A model generated the notes under the pieces. It had not been told where the DNA came from and did not search any database. It saw only the letters and a list, made by a program, of their open reading frames with translations. Position numbers and translations under genes: made by a program. From contig JANNQN010000437.1 in assembly GCA_031400775.1 (NCBI GenBank), forward strand, positions 1-57,171: DNA of 57,171 nucleotides, in the 5' to 3' direction. The stretch comes from Planctomycetia bacterium (GTDB lineage Bacteria > Planctomycetota > Planctomycetia > Pirellulales > PALSA-1355). Positions 9,087 to 17,110 of the stretch are shown here, piece after piece (position 1 is the stretch's first letter; each line of letters starts with the position of its first letter).

Positions 9087-10196
9087 CTACGCTCCAATCA
9101 GCTTGTCGCGCACAAAGTGAAGCCTCGCACGCAGCCGTGCGATGGGATTGGCGCTGTCCGAGCGAATCAGAGTTGTGAACTCCTGACTGTCAATCCATGG
9201 CGATACGTCAACCGGCATGCCGCTCAATTCCGGTCGCTGGGTTAGCGCCAAGTAACTTCCGATTGATATCGCCTCGAATCGAACGCGCGGGGTGGCAGTA
9301 GCGTTTGCGGAGCGACGGAAACCAAATGGGAAAACGCGCCTAACGAAGGCCATTGTTTCCATAAATCGTCGCCGGTACGCGGCCACATCAAGACTGGAGT
9401 TGGTGAAGAGTTGATTCATTTTCTTGGCGTACTCAAACAAAAATACGGCTGGCCGGTCCTTATACCCTTCAAGACCATCGCCGTACGCAAAAAATCGGGT
9501 CACTAATTCCTCGCGTTCGCGCATGTTGACGCTTCTTACCGGAACTGGCGCCAATTGAATAAAGCCTGGCTCTTCTGCAAGCTCAATTACCAAATCAAGG
9601 AAGGGGCCAGTCAGTGCTCCGCGACGAACCTCCGCTTTTTTAGCGACCAAACTGCCAGTATTAATTCGTTCAAAGATGTCGAAGCGAGCCTGTTCGTCAG
9701 CGTGCTCGTTGAGCACGATGCCGCGGATAGATCGGTTCTTAATTTTTCGCTGCCTTGACTCCGGCAGGTCGCGAAACTTCAGCCCCTCAAGCTCCGTCAA
9801 CTCCACTAGCGGGCCGATCTGGAAATCACCGAGAATAAACTGTTGAATCGTTCTTAACCGTTGCGATCCATCAACAATTTCTAGCTTGCCTGAGGCAGGT
9901 CGCTCCCAAAAAAAGAGGAAAGGAATCGACAGGCCCATAATTAAAGATTCCAAGAATCGAGACTTCCGCTCTGGTTCCCAGGTGTCCTCACGCTGATAGC
10001 CTGGAATCTCTAATTCACCGCTCTCCATTTTCGTGGCGAGCAGTTCAACTGAATACTCAGTCAAATAGAATTCGATCCGCTTCGATTGCTCGACAATCTG
10101 AGCTTCGGCGGCAGCAACATGCTCCGGCGTAATCGGGAGGAGTGGTCTGGTCATTCGCGAATCTACTCCGCCTTTGATGATTCCAGGGCGAACCAT
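9087..10196 (-). CDS. DUF262 (ParB/GmrS-like) domain protein lacking a DUF1524/His-Me nuclease domain
   Basis: 369-aa ORF; an alternative ATG at 10154 has a GGAG upstream. DUF262 motifs seen: EIPGYQREDTWEPERKSRFLESLIMGLSIP, EIVDGSQRLRTI (DGQQR-type) and FDIFERINTGS. I see no H..H/HNH-like block in the C-terminal half. Confidence 0.8.
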   Translation of the reverse strand: MVRPGIIKGGVDSRMTRPLLPITPEHVAAAEAQIVEQSKRIEFYLTEYSVELLATKMESGELEIPGYQREDTWEPERKSRFLESLIMGLSIPFLFFWERPASGKLEIVDGSQRLRTIQQFILGDFQIGPLVELTELEGLKFRDLPESRQRKIKNRSIRGIVLNEHADEQARFDIFERINTGSLVAKKAEVRRGALTGPFLDLVIELAEEPGFIQLAPVPVRSVNMREREELVTRFFAYGDGLEGYKDRPAVFLFEYAKKMNQLFTNSSLDVAAYRRRFMETMAFVRRVFPFGFRRSANATATPRVRFEAISIGSYLALTQRPELSGMPVDVSPWIDSQEFTTLIRSDSANPIARLRARLHFVRDKLIGA

Positions 10197-10275
10197 CTTT
10201 GGTATCGCCGTAACTTTACTGCGATTGGGCCCCCGTGATGGTTCTGTGAGCCGACAAGTCCGAGTAATCGGCCAT

Positions 10276-12474
10276 CTACCGAATGCTCATCTCGCAACTG
10301 GCGCCGCCCGCCGCCGGCAGGTACGCGGCCTTGGTGTAGTCCATCACCATGCGGTGGGCGCTAAAGCGCCAGGCCAGCGAGCTGATCGAGTTCATCATCC
10401 GCTGGATCCAGCCGCGCGGCAGACCGTCGACGTCCCGCTCGTAGAACAGGGGAATGACTTCGTTCTCCAGCGTCTCGTATAGCGCCTCGGTGTCGCGCAT
10501 GTCGCTGATCTGGTCCGAGACGTGGCTCGTGCCCTTGCCGATGGCAAATCCGTTGGTGCCGTCGTAGGCTTCCGCCCACCAGCCGTCGAGCACCGACAGG
10601 TTCAGTCCGCCGTTGAGCACCACTTTTTCTCCGCTGGTGCCCGAGGCCTCGAGCGGCCGCCGCGGATTGTTCATCCACACATCGACGCCCTGGATCATGT
10701 GGCGGCACACGTTGATGTCGTAGTCCTCGATGAAGACGATCCGGCTGCCGTAGCGCTGGTCGTGGCGGCTGTTGGCGATTTTCTTGATCAGTTGCTTGCC
10801 CGGCTCGTCGGCCGGATGCGCCTTGCCGGCAAAGATGATCTGGATCGGACGATTGACGTCGTTGAGCATGTGGTGCAGCCGATCGGCGTCGGACATGATC
10901 AGATCGGCGCGCTTGTACGTGGCAAACCGCCGCGCAAAACCGATCGTGAGGATGTTGGGATCCAGCAGGTTCCGCGCCGCTTCCACCACGGCGTCGCTCT
11001 CGCCCCGGCGGCGACATTGGCGGCTCACGCGGCGGCGGACAAATGCCAGCAGCAGGTTCTTGAGCGCGTAGTGAACTTCCCACAACTCGCCCGGATCCAC
11101 GTGGTGGATATTCTGCCAAGCATCGGGCTCGCCCATGCGGTGCAGCCAGCCCACTGGAAAGTTGCGATCGTAAAGCTGGTGCATTTGCCCGGCCAACCAA
11201 CTGGGCACGTGTACGCCGTTGGTGATGTGGCCGATCGGGATTTCTTCCTCCACGCGCCAGGGCCACAGGTGGGCCCACATCCGCCGCGAGATATGTCCGT
11301 GCAGGCAACTGACAGCGTTGGCCCGCCGAGAGAGCTTGAGCCCCAGCACGGTCATGCAAAAGCTCTCGCCCTCGTTGTGCGGCTCGACGCGTCCCAGCCC
11401 CATCAACTGCTCGTAGCTGATCCGCAACTGGTCGCGCAGCGGGCCCAAGTGCTCTTCGATCAATCCGCCGTCGAAACGGTCGTGGCCGGCAGGCACGGGC
11501 GTGTGGGTGGTGAAAACGGTGTGCTGCGCGACTTCGCGCAAGGCATTGTCGAAACTCTGCCCGTCGTTGTGCATCCGCTCGCGAATGGCCTCGAGCGTGG
11601 CGAACACGCTGTGCCCTTCGTTCAAGTGGTACACGCCGGGGGTAATGCCCAGGGCCGCCAGCGCCTTGACTCCGCCCACGCCCAACACCAGTTCCTGGCG
11701 CACGCGCGTGCGATGGTCGCCGCCGTACAGCCGGCTGGTCAATTCGCGATCCTCGGGGCTATTGCCCTCGACGTCGCAGTCCAACAGGTACAAGTTCACC
11801 CGGCCCACGCGCATCAGCCAGACCTTGGCCAGCAAGTGCCCGGTGCGGGTGTCGATCTTGACCGTGATCTGCCGTTTATCGGCGCCCAGGGCCGGCTCCA
11901 TCGGCACGTTTTCGACCTTCGTGTCGAGATACTCTTCGCGCTGGTAACCGTCGACGTCCAGGTGCTGCTTGAAATAGCCCTGATCGTAGAACAGGCCGAT
12001 CGCGACCAGCGGAATGCCCAGCCCGCTGGCGCTTTTGATGTGATCGCCCGAGAGCACTCCCAAACCGCCCGAGTAGATGGGGACCGACTCGTGGATGCCG
12101 AACTCGGCCGAAAAATAGGCTACCGGCTTGGATCCCAGCACGCCGGCGTGGGTGCGGCCCCACGTCTTGGTGCTATTCATATACTCTTTGAGCCGGCGGA
12201 AGGCGTAGTTGATGCGGCTGTAGAGGACCAGTTCCGAGGCCCGCATTTCCAACCGCTCGGGCGTGAACTCAGCCAAGAGCGCGATCGGATTATGGTCCAG
12301 TTGCCGCCAGCGAATCGGATCGAGATCGCGAAACAGGTTGATGACTTCGGGGTGCCAACTCCACCACAGATTTCGGGCCAACGCGACGCACTTGTCGTAG
12401 ATCGTCTGGGGGGAGAGCTCACTGAGCGGCAGTTTCTGCGTGCTCTCCGTCGGCACGATTTCGGTCTGGCTCAT
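10276..12474 (-). CDS. glgP: alpha-glucan (glycogen/maltodextrin) phosphorylase family protein
   Basis: 732-aa ORF. GGLGVLSGDHIKSASGLGIPLVAIGLFYDQGYFKQ and EASGTSGEKVVLNG (PLP-lysine block) are hallmarks of the GT35 alpha-glucan phosphorylase family. Confidence 0.9.
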   Translation of the reverse strand: MSQTEIVPTESTQKLPLSELSPQTIYDKCVALARNLWWSWHPEVINLFRDLDPIRWRQLDHNPIALLAEFTPERLEMRASELVLYSRINYAFRRLKEYMNSTKTWGRTHAGVLGSKPVAYFSAEFGIHESVPIYSGGLGVLSGDHIKSASGLGIPLVAIGLFYDQGYFKQHLDVDGYQREEYLDTKVENVPMEPALGADKRQITVKIDTRTGHLLAKVWLMRVGRVNLYLLDCDVEGNSPEDRELTSRLYGGDHRTRVRQELVLGVGGVKALAALGITPGVYHLNEGHSVFATLEAIRERMHNDGQSFDNALREVAQHTVFTTHTPVPAGHDRFDGGLIEEHLGPLRDQLRISYEQLMGLGRVEPHNEGESFCMTVLGLKLSRRANAVSCLHGHISRRMWAHLWPWRVEEEIPIGHITNGVHVPSWLAGQMHQLYDRNFPVGWLHRMGEPDAWQNIHHVDPGELWEVHYALKNLLLAFVRRRVSRQCRRRGESDAVVEAARNLLDPNILTIGFARRFATYKRADLIMSDADRLHHMLNDVNRPIQIIFAGKAHPADEPGKQLIKKIANSRHDQRYGSRIVFIEDYDINVCRHMIQGVDVWMNNPRRPLEASGTSGEKVVLNGGLNLSVLDGWWAEAYDGTNGFAIGKGTSHVSDQISDMRDTEALYETLENEVIPLFYERDVDGLPRGWIQRMMNSISSLAWRFSAHRMVMDYTKAAYLPAAGGASCEMSIR

Positions 12475-12699
12475 GCAGTCCCCCTCTTCAACGGCAGGAA
12501 AGCCAAGGATTATAACGGGGCGTCAAAAGTGGAGCGACCCCACAATTTAGCCGCCCTGGGCCGTCTACGCGGCGCGACAGCGCGAACGAATCCACCACTG
12601 TGCATTTAACTTGGGTGCGATCTTGCGTAAATTATACGGCGGCGAGTGGCTCGAAGTCGACCACCCGCCACCCCGCAAGTCCCCAGCGCTGCTCCTTAT

Positions 12700-13779
12700 A
12701 TGAACACAAACCGCCCGATCGCCTCCCCCTCCGATCCCGCACTCGACGCGCTTTGCGAGCAATTAATCCGTCTGTCTGGGGAGCTCGACCGCAGCGAGGC
12801 GTGGCCCGAGGAGCAACTGCGGCTGTGCGGCGAGGCCGGAGTGTTTGCCTGGTTTGCCGAGCGGCACTGGGGCGGGCTGGAATGGACTGACGCCGAGATC
12901 ACGCGAGGCTATCTCCGCCTGGGGGCGGCTTGCCTGAACACGGCCTTCATCATCACCCAGCGGACCGGCGCCTATCAGCGGATCGCCGGCAGCGACAACG
13001 ATCTGGTCAAGCAGCGATTGCTGCCCGATTTGATCTCCGGCGCCTCGTTCGCCACGGTCGGCATTTCGCACCTGACCACCAGCCGCCGCCATCTCGGCCG
13101 GCCCGTGCTGCGAGCACGGGAGGTCGACGACGGTTTCGTGCTGGATGGTTTTTCGCCCTGGGTCACGGGCGCCGATCATGCGTCGGTCATCGTCACCGGG
13201 GCGGAGTTGGACGACGGGCGGCAGATCCTGGTTGCCTTGCCGACCGACCTGCCGGGGGTCGCCGTTCCGCCGCCGCCACGCCTGGTCGGCTTGTCGGCCA
13301 GCCATACCGGCGAAGTACACTTAAGCGGAGTGCGGCTGTCGCGCGAGTGGCTGCTGGCTGGGCCGGTCGAGAATGTCATGAAAATCGGCGTCGGCGCCGG
13401 CACGGGGGGGCTGCAAACCTCGACCCTGGCGATCGGGCTGGCCTCGGCCGCACTCGACTTTCTCGAGGCCGAAGCAATCAGACGCCCCGACCTGGGCGGT
13501 CCCGCCGCCGAGTTGCGCCGCGAGCACGGCGAGCTGCAAGCGACGCTGCTGGCTTTGGCCGACGGCCAAACCGTCTGCACCAACGACGAGCTGCGGGCCC
13601 GGGCCAACAGCATTGTTTTGCGGGCGACTCAGGCGGCGTTGGCGGCGGCAAAGGGAACTGGCTATGTGGTCGGTCATCCGGCCGGCCGGTGGTGTCGCGA
13701 GGCCTTGTTCTTTCTGGTTTGGAGCTGTCCGCAGGGGGTCATGGCGGCCAACCTTTGCGAGCTGGCCGGGCTGGACTAA
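12700..13779 (+). CDS. acyl-CoA dehydrogenase family protein
   Basis: The ORF is 12646..13779, with a likely start at the ATG at 12700 (MNTNRPIASP). The layout matches the ACAD fold: N-terminal helical domain (LCGEAGVFAWFAERHWGG, LGAACLNTAFIITQRTG), middle beta domain (GFVLDGFSPWVTGA), and C-terminal helices. Confidence 0.7.
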   Translation: MNTNRPIASPSDPALDALCEQLIRLSGELDRSEAWPEEQLRLCGEAGVFAWFAERHWGGLEWTDAEITRGYLRLGAACLNTAFIITQRTGAYQRIAGSDNDLVKQRLLPDLISGASFATVGISHLTTSRRHLGRPVLRAREVDDGFVLDGFSPWVTGADHASVIVTGAELDDGRQILVALPTDLPGVAVPPPPRLVGLSASHTGEVHLSGVRLSREWLLAGPVENVMKIGVGAGTGGLQTSTLAIGLASAALDFLEAEAIRRPDLGGPAAELRREHGELQATLLALADGQTVCTNDELRARANSIVLRATQAALAAAKGTGYVVGHPAGRWCREALFFLVWSCPQGVMAANLCELAGLD

Positions 13780-13855
13780 CCGACTTCGTCCGGGCCACAT
13801 CATCGCGGCGCGTATCTGGGGGGCGGTTGAGCCACCCCTTTGCGCGGTCACCGGG

Positions 13856-13882
13856 CTGGGGTAAGATTCGCGTCTTACCCAG
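13856..13882 (+). terminator. stem-loop downstream of the acyl-CoA dehydrogenase gene (weak terminator candidate)
   Basis: gggtaaga (13859-13866) pairs perfectly with tcttaccc (13873-13880) around the loop ttcgcg. Only a short TTT follows. Confidence 0.3.
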
Positions 13883-14082
13883 AGGCGGTTTCACAATCGC
13901 CGAGGACTGGATCGTCGGACACCGGCCCATCGGTTCCGCGCAGTCCCCCAAGCCATGGAGAGTGAGTGCCTTGTGCGGCATTCCTCGTGCGATCCGGTCG
14001 TCGCCCATGCGGCGATTTCGAAACAGCCTCTCGAGATTATTGACACTTAAGCGTCTAGGAAAAAAGGAGCACGGGCGAACCC

Positions 14083-14736
14083 ATGACCAACGAAACCAAT
14101 GTGACCTGGCACGAACACAGCGTCTCTCGCGACGAACGCGAACAGCTCAACAAACACAAGGGCTGCGTGATTTGGTTCACGGGTCTGAGCGCTTGCGGAA
14201 AGAGCACGGTCGCGAACCTGGTCGACCACATGTTGCACAAGCGCAGCCAGCACAGCTTCGTGCTCGACGGCGACAACGTTCGCATGGGTTTGAATGCCGG
14301 CCCCGGCATGCTCAAGGAGCGGCACGGCGAGGAGTTTTCCAAGCGTTTTGGGCTTGGGTTTTCCGCTCAGGATCGCGAGGAGAACATTCGACGCATCGGC
14401 GCCGTTGCCAAGCTGTTCTGCGACGCCGGCCTGGTTACGTTGACGGCCTTCATCAGCCCCTATCGTCGCGATCGCGATGCAGTGCGGGCGACGATGAAGG
14501 ACGGCGACTTCATCGAGATCTTTGTCGATGCCCCGTTAGAGGTGTGCGAGAAGCGCGACCCCAAAGGTCTATATAAGAAGGCCCGGGCCGGCGAGTTGAA
14601 GGGCTTCACCGGAATCGACGACCCTTACGAAGCTCCCGCCAAGCCGGAACTGGTCCTGGATGCAGGCGCCAAGGATGCCGAGACGCTTGCCGATGAAGTC
14701 ATCGCTTTCCTGACGCGGTCCGGCAAGATCCGTTAG
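14083..14736 (+). CDS. cysC: adenylyl-sulfate (APS) kinase
   Basis: 217-aa ORF. NVTWHEHSVSRDEREQL, then the P-loop GCVIWFTGLSACGKSTVANLV, then the LDGDNVR and FISPYRRDR blocks typical of CysC. An AAGGAG lies upstream at 14063-14068. Confidence 0.92.
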   Translation: MTNETNVTWHEHSVSRDEREQLNKHKGCVIWFTGLSACGKSTVANLVDHMLHKRSQHSFVLDGDNVRMGLNAGPGMLKERHGEEFSKRFGLGFSAQDREENIRRIGAVAKLFCDAGLVTLTAFISPYRRDRDAVRATMKDGDFIEIFVDAPLEVCEKRDPKGLYKKARAGELKGFTGIDDPYEAPAKPELVLDAGAKDAETLADEVIAFLTRSGKIR

Positions 14737-14870
14737 GTCGGCATTGCAAGTCGGCGCGCGCTCATGTGGGGGGGTGAGACCTCGTTCCCTCCAGTTGCTA
14801 GCACTTTCCGCACAGGGCCGCGCCGCACCGGACGCCATCTCTCGCGCGGACGCGCCGCAAGGCCTTGCAG

Positions 14871-14898
14871 TTGACAACGTGCGCTTGCGCATTACATT
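14871..14898 (+). promoter_or_regulatory. sigma70-like promoter candidate for the BON-domain gene
   Basis: TTGACA (14871-14876), a 16-nt spacer, then TACATT (14893-14898), about 135 nt upstream of the ATG at 15032. This is consensus matching only. Confidence 0.3.
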
Positions 14899-15031
14899 GA
14901 ACGTGCGATCGCTCCACACGCTGCAACTTGGATGTTGCAGCGGGTCGGGCGCGGCGCTCAGCCGCCCGACAGAAGAGAGAGCGACGCGGTTTCTCAATCA
15001 GCGTTTTGTCCAAGGAGGGAGGCAACATCGT

Positions 15032-15250
15032 ATGCCACTTGTAACGGCAACAGATGTCCAATCACGCGCGCAGCTGGCCCTGTCGGCCAGCCCAATCTAC
15101 GCGCTGCGCGAGCTACAGGTCGAGCACGACGGCGAGATGCTCCTGCTGCGGGGCATCGTCTCGAGCTTCTACCACAAGCAGCTTGCCCAGGAAATCGTCC
15201 GGCATGCGGTCGAAGGCGTGGAAGTTCTCAATTCCATCCACGTGCGCTAG
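15032..15250 (+). CDS. small BON-domain protein
   Basis: The 3' part of ORF 14744..15250. The ATG at 15032 is preceded by AAGGAGGGA (15012-15020). LRELQVEHDGEMLLLRGIVSSFYHKQLAQEIVRHAVEGVEVLNSIHV fits the BON pattern. Confidence 0.7.
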   Translation: MPLVTATDVQSRAQLALSASPIYALRELQVEHDGEMLLLRGIVSSFYHKQLAQEIVRHAVEGVEVLNSIHVR

Positions 15251-15296
15251 GCGGTGGCGTTTACTTCGCTGGCGGCACGTCGTTCGGACAATCCAT

Positions 15297-15329
15297 TCCC
15301 GTCGGTTCATTCCTGACGGGACTTTTTTT
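15297..15329 (+). terminator. rho-independent terminator after the BON-domain gene
   Basis: tcccgtc (15297-15303) pairs with gacggga (15315-15321) and is followed by a T7 run at 15323-15329. It sits in the 116-nt gap between convergent genes. Confidence 0.65.
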
Positions 15330-15366
15330 GCGCCCATCGTTTTGCCGGCGGCGCTTGGCGTGCGAT

Positions 15367-16422
15367 TCACGCGGCCCGAATCGTCCGCTGCCGATTCAGT
15401 TGCTCGAGCACCGTCCCATACACGCGCTCGACGTCGAGCAATCGCATGCAGTCGTGATGCTTAAGCGGACAGGTGCGCTTGCCGCAGGGTCCGCACGGCA
15501 CGGCGTGGTGCAGACAGATTTCGCGGTCGTAATGGGTGCGCGTGGCGGCGATCGGCGTGGGACCGAACAGCGATATGACCGGCACGTCGAACGCAACGGC
15601 GAAGAAGCGCGGGCCGCTATCGGTCGTTACCAACAGCCGGCTGCGGCGGACGCAGGCTTTGCTCAAGCCCACCGACAGCTCTTCATCCGCCAGCCCCGTC
15701 ACACGCGGATGATCGGCCAGTGTGATGATCTCGCGGGCCATGGTCCGTTCCGCCGGACCGCACAGCACCAGCACGGACAGACCTTGCTCGGTGACGATGC
15801 GACGCGCCAACCGGGCAAAGTACTCGCTGGGCCAAAGTTTCGCCGCGCCGTAAGCGCCGCCCGAGTTGAGCACGACAACCTGGTCGCCACTGGGGAGTTT
15901 GTGCTTGTTCCAGACGGCGTCGGCGGCCGCTTCGTCAGCCGGCAGCGTGGCCAATTCCAGCCGCGGCGATTCCAGCTCGCAGCCCATCGCATAGGCAAGG
16001 CTCAGATACTCATCGATGGTTGACATGGGCAAGCGGCGAAATCCGCGGCGGGGATTATACAGCTTGTGCGTCAGTAGCGGTCCGCGACCGTTGCGCACAT
16101 ATCCCACCCGCTGTTTGGCGCCGCTCATCCAGGCCAGCAGCGCCGTGCGAAATGAATTCGTAAGATGGATCGTGGCGTCGAGCTTCTGCTCGCGCATGCG
16201 GCGGCGCACGGCGCCCGACCACATCGCCGGATCATCGGATCTGCGGTCGAAGTAAATCATGTCGTCGAGCCAGGACGTTCCAACCAGGCAATCCGCCACG
16301 TAAGGGCGCAGGATTCCGACCAGCTTGGCGCTTTGGCCAAAATTGCGCCGAAGCGCGCGCAGCGTGGGCGTGCACATCACCGCATCGCCGATCCAGTTCG
16401 GAATAAAGACGCCGATTTTCAA
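15367..16422 (-). CDS. glycosyltransferase family 9 (LPS heptosyltransferase-like)
   Basis: The ORF is 15367..16524. The likely start is the TTG at 16422, 11 nt after the gmhB stop and preceded by AAGGAAAA. KIGVFIPNWIGDAVMCTPTLRALRRNF and TTDSGPRFFAVAFDVPVISLFGP are GT9 signatures. Confidence 0.85.
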   Translation of the reverse strand: MKIGVFIPNWIGDAVMCTPTLRALRRNFGQSAKLVGILRPYVADCLVGTSWLDDMIYFDRRSDDPAMWSGAVRRRMREQKLDATIHLTNSFRTALLAWMSGAKQRVGYVRNGRGPLLTHKLYNPRRGFRRLPMSTIDEYLSLAYAMGCELESPRLELATLPADEAAADAVWNKHKLPSGDQVVVLNSGGAYGAAKLWPSEYFARLARRIVTEQGLSVLVLCGPAERTMAREIITLADHPRVTGLADEELSVGLSKACVRRSRLLVTTDSGPRFFAVAFDVPVISLFGPTPIAATRTHYDREICLHHAVPCGPCGKRTCPLKHHDCMRLLDVERVYGTVLEQLNRQRTIRAA

Positions 16423-16433
16423 GTTGCTTTTCC

Positions 16434-17090
16434 TTACCCGTTGGTCACAGACTTCTTTGCGCCTTGGCGCCTTTGCGTGAGATCTTCCTGCCCGTGGATG
16501 CGCAGTTGCATGCCGATATCGCACTCAATCCATTCGGCCGCCGCCTCCATGTCCGCCGCCAGGTGGTCGGCTTGGGCCGACAGTTCTTCCTCGCCGCGTC
16601 CGCCGGCCCCGGTTGCCAGCAAGACGGTGCGGCAGCCGGCCGCCTGTCCGGCCAGAATATCCGACTTCTTGTCGCCGATGACGTAGCTGGCCGGCAGGTC
16701 GAGATCGTGCTCGGCGGCGGCCTGCAGGATCATTCCCGGCCGTGGTTTTCGCAGCGGCGAGTCGCACCGATACTTACCGATGCCCTCGGTCGGATGCACC
16801 GTCGAGCAATAGACTGCCGCGATCGTGATTCCCTCGGCTCTCAACCGCCGGCACAACGCGTCGTTGAACGTGTGCATGTCGGCTTCGCTGAACAGCCCGC
16901 GGGCCACGCCCGATTGATTGGTCGCGATCACGAGGCGAAATCCCAGTGCCGCCAGGCGGTGCAGCCCGGGCACGACGCCATCCAACAGCCGCAGTTCCTT
17001 CACGCGATGCACGAACCCCGAGTCGACGACGAGCGTGCCATCGCGATCGAGAATCACGCCGCGCCGATGGTTCGTGTTCGAGCTCAACAT
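16434..17090 (-). CDS. gmhB: D-glycero-D-manno-heptose 1,7-bisphosphate phosphatase (HAD-IIIA)
   Basis: The ORF is 16434..17162, with a likely start at the ATG at 17090. GVILDRDGTL (HAD motif I), VIATNQSGVARG (motif II) and IGDKKSDILAG (motif IV) are present. It is flanked by heptose pathway genes. Confidence 0.8.
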   Translation of the reverse strand: MLSSNTNHRRGVILDRDGTLVVDSGFVHRVKELRLLDGVVPGLHRLAALGFRLVIATNQSGVARGLFSEADMHTFNDALCRRLRAEGITIAAVYCSTVHPTEGIGKYRCDSPLRKPRPGMILQAAAEHDLDLPASYVIGDKKSDILAGQAAGCRTVLLATGAGGRGEEELSAQADHLAADMEAAAEWIECDIGMQLRIHGQEDLTQRRQGAKKSVTNG

Positions 17091-17110
17091 GCTGGTCCGG
17101 ACGGAGAGGG

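Noticed and set aside
7163-10275. Integrase, transposase, tRNA or att-type direct repeats flanking the low-GC cassette
   Set aside because: I looked at both borders and found only 7-8-nt chance matches. No mobility gene is present, so I do not call a mobile element.
10522-12609. 695-aa ORF antisense to glgP
   Set aside because: This is a typical high-GC mirror-frame ORF with an Ala/Arg/Val/Gly-rich translation and no motifs. The opposite strand carries unmistakable phosphorylase signatures.
12930-14576. 548-aa Arg-rich ORF spanning the acyl-CoA dehydrogenase gene, the intergenic region and cysC
   Set aside because: It is out of frame with two well-supported genes, and its composition (R, G, A, P runs) is characteristic of non-coding frames in GC-rich DNA.
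14744-15031. N-terminal 96 codons of ORF 14744..15250
   Set aside because: The upstream part is Arg/Ser/Leu-rich with no domain. A strong AAGGAGGGA site precedes the internal ATG at 15032, where the BON-like sequence begins.
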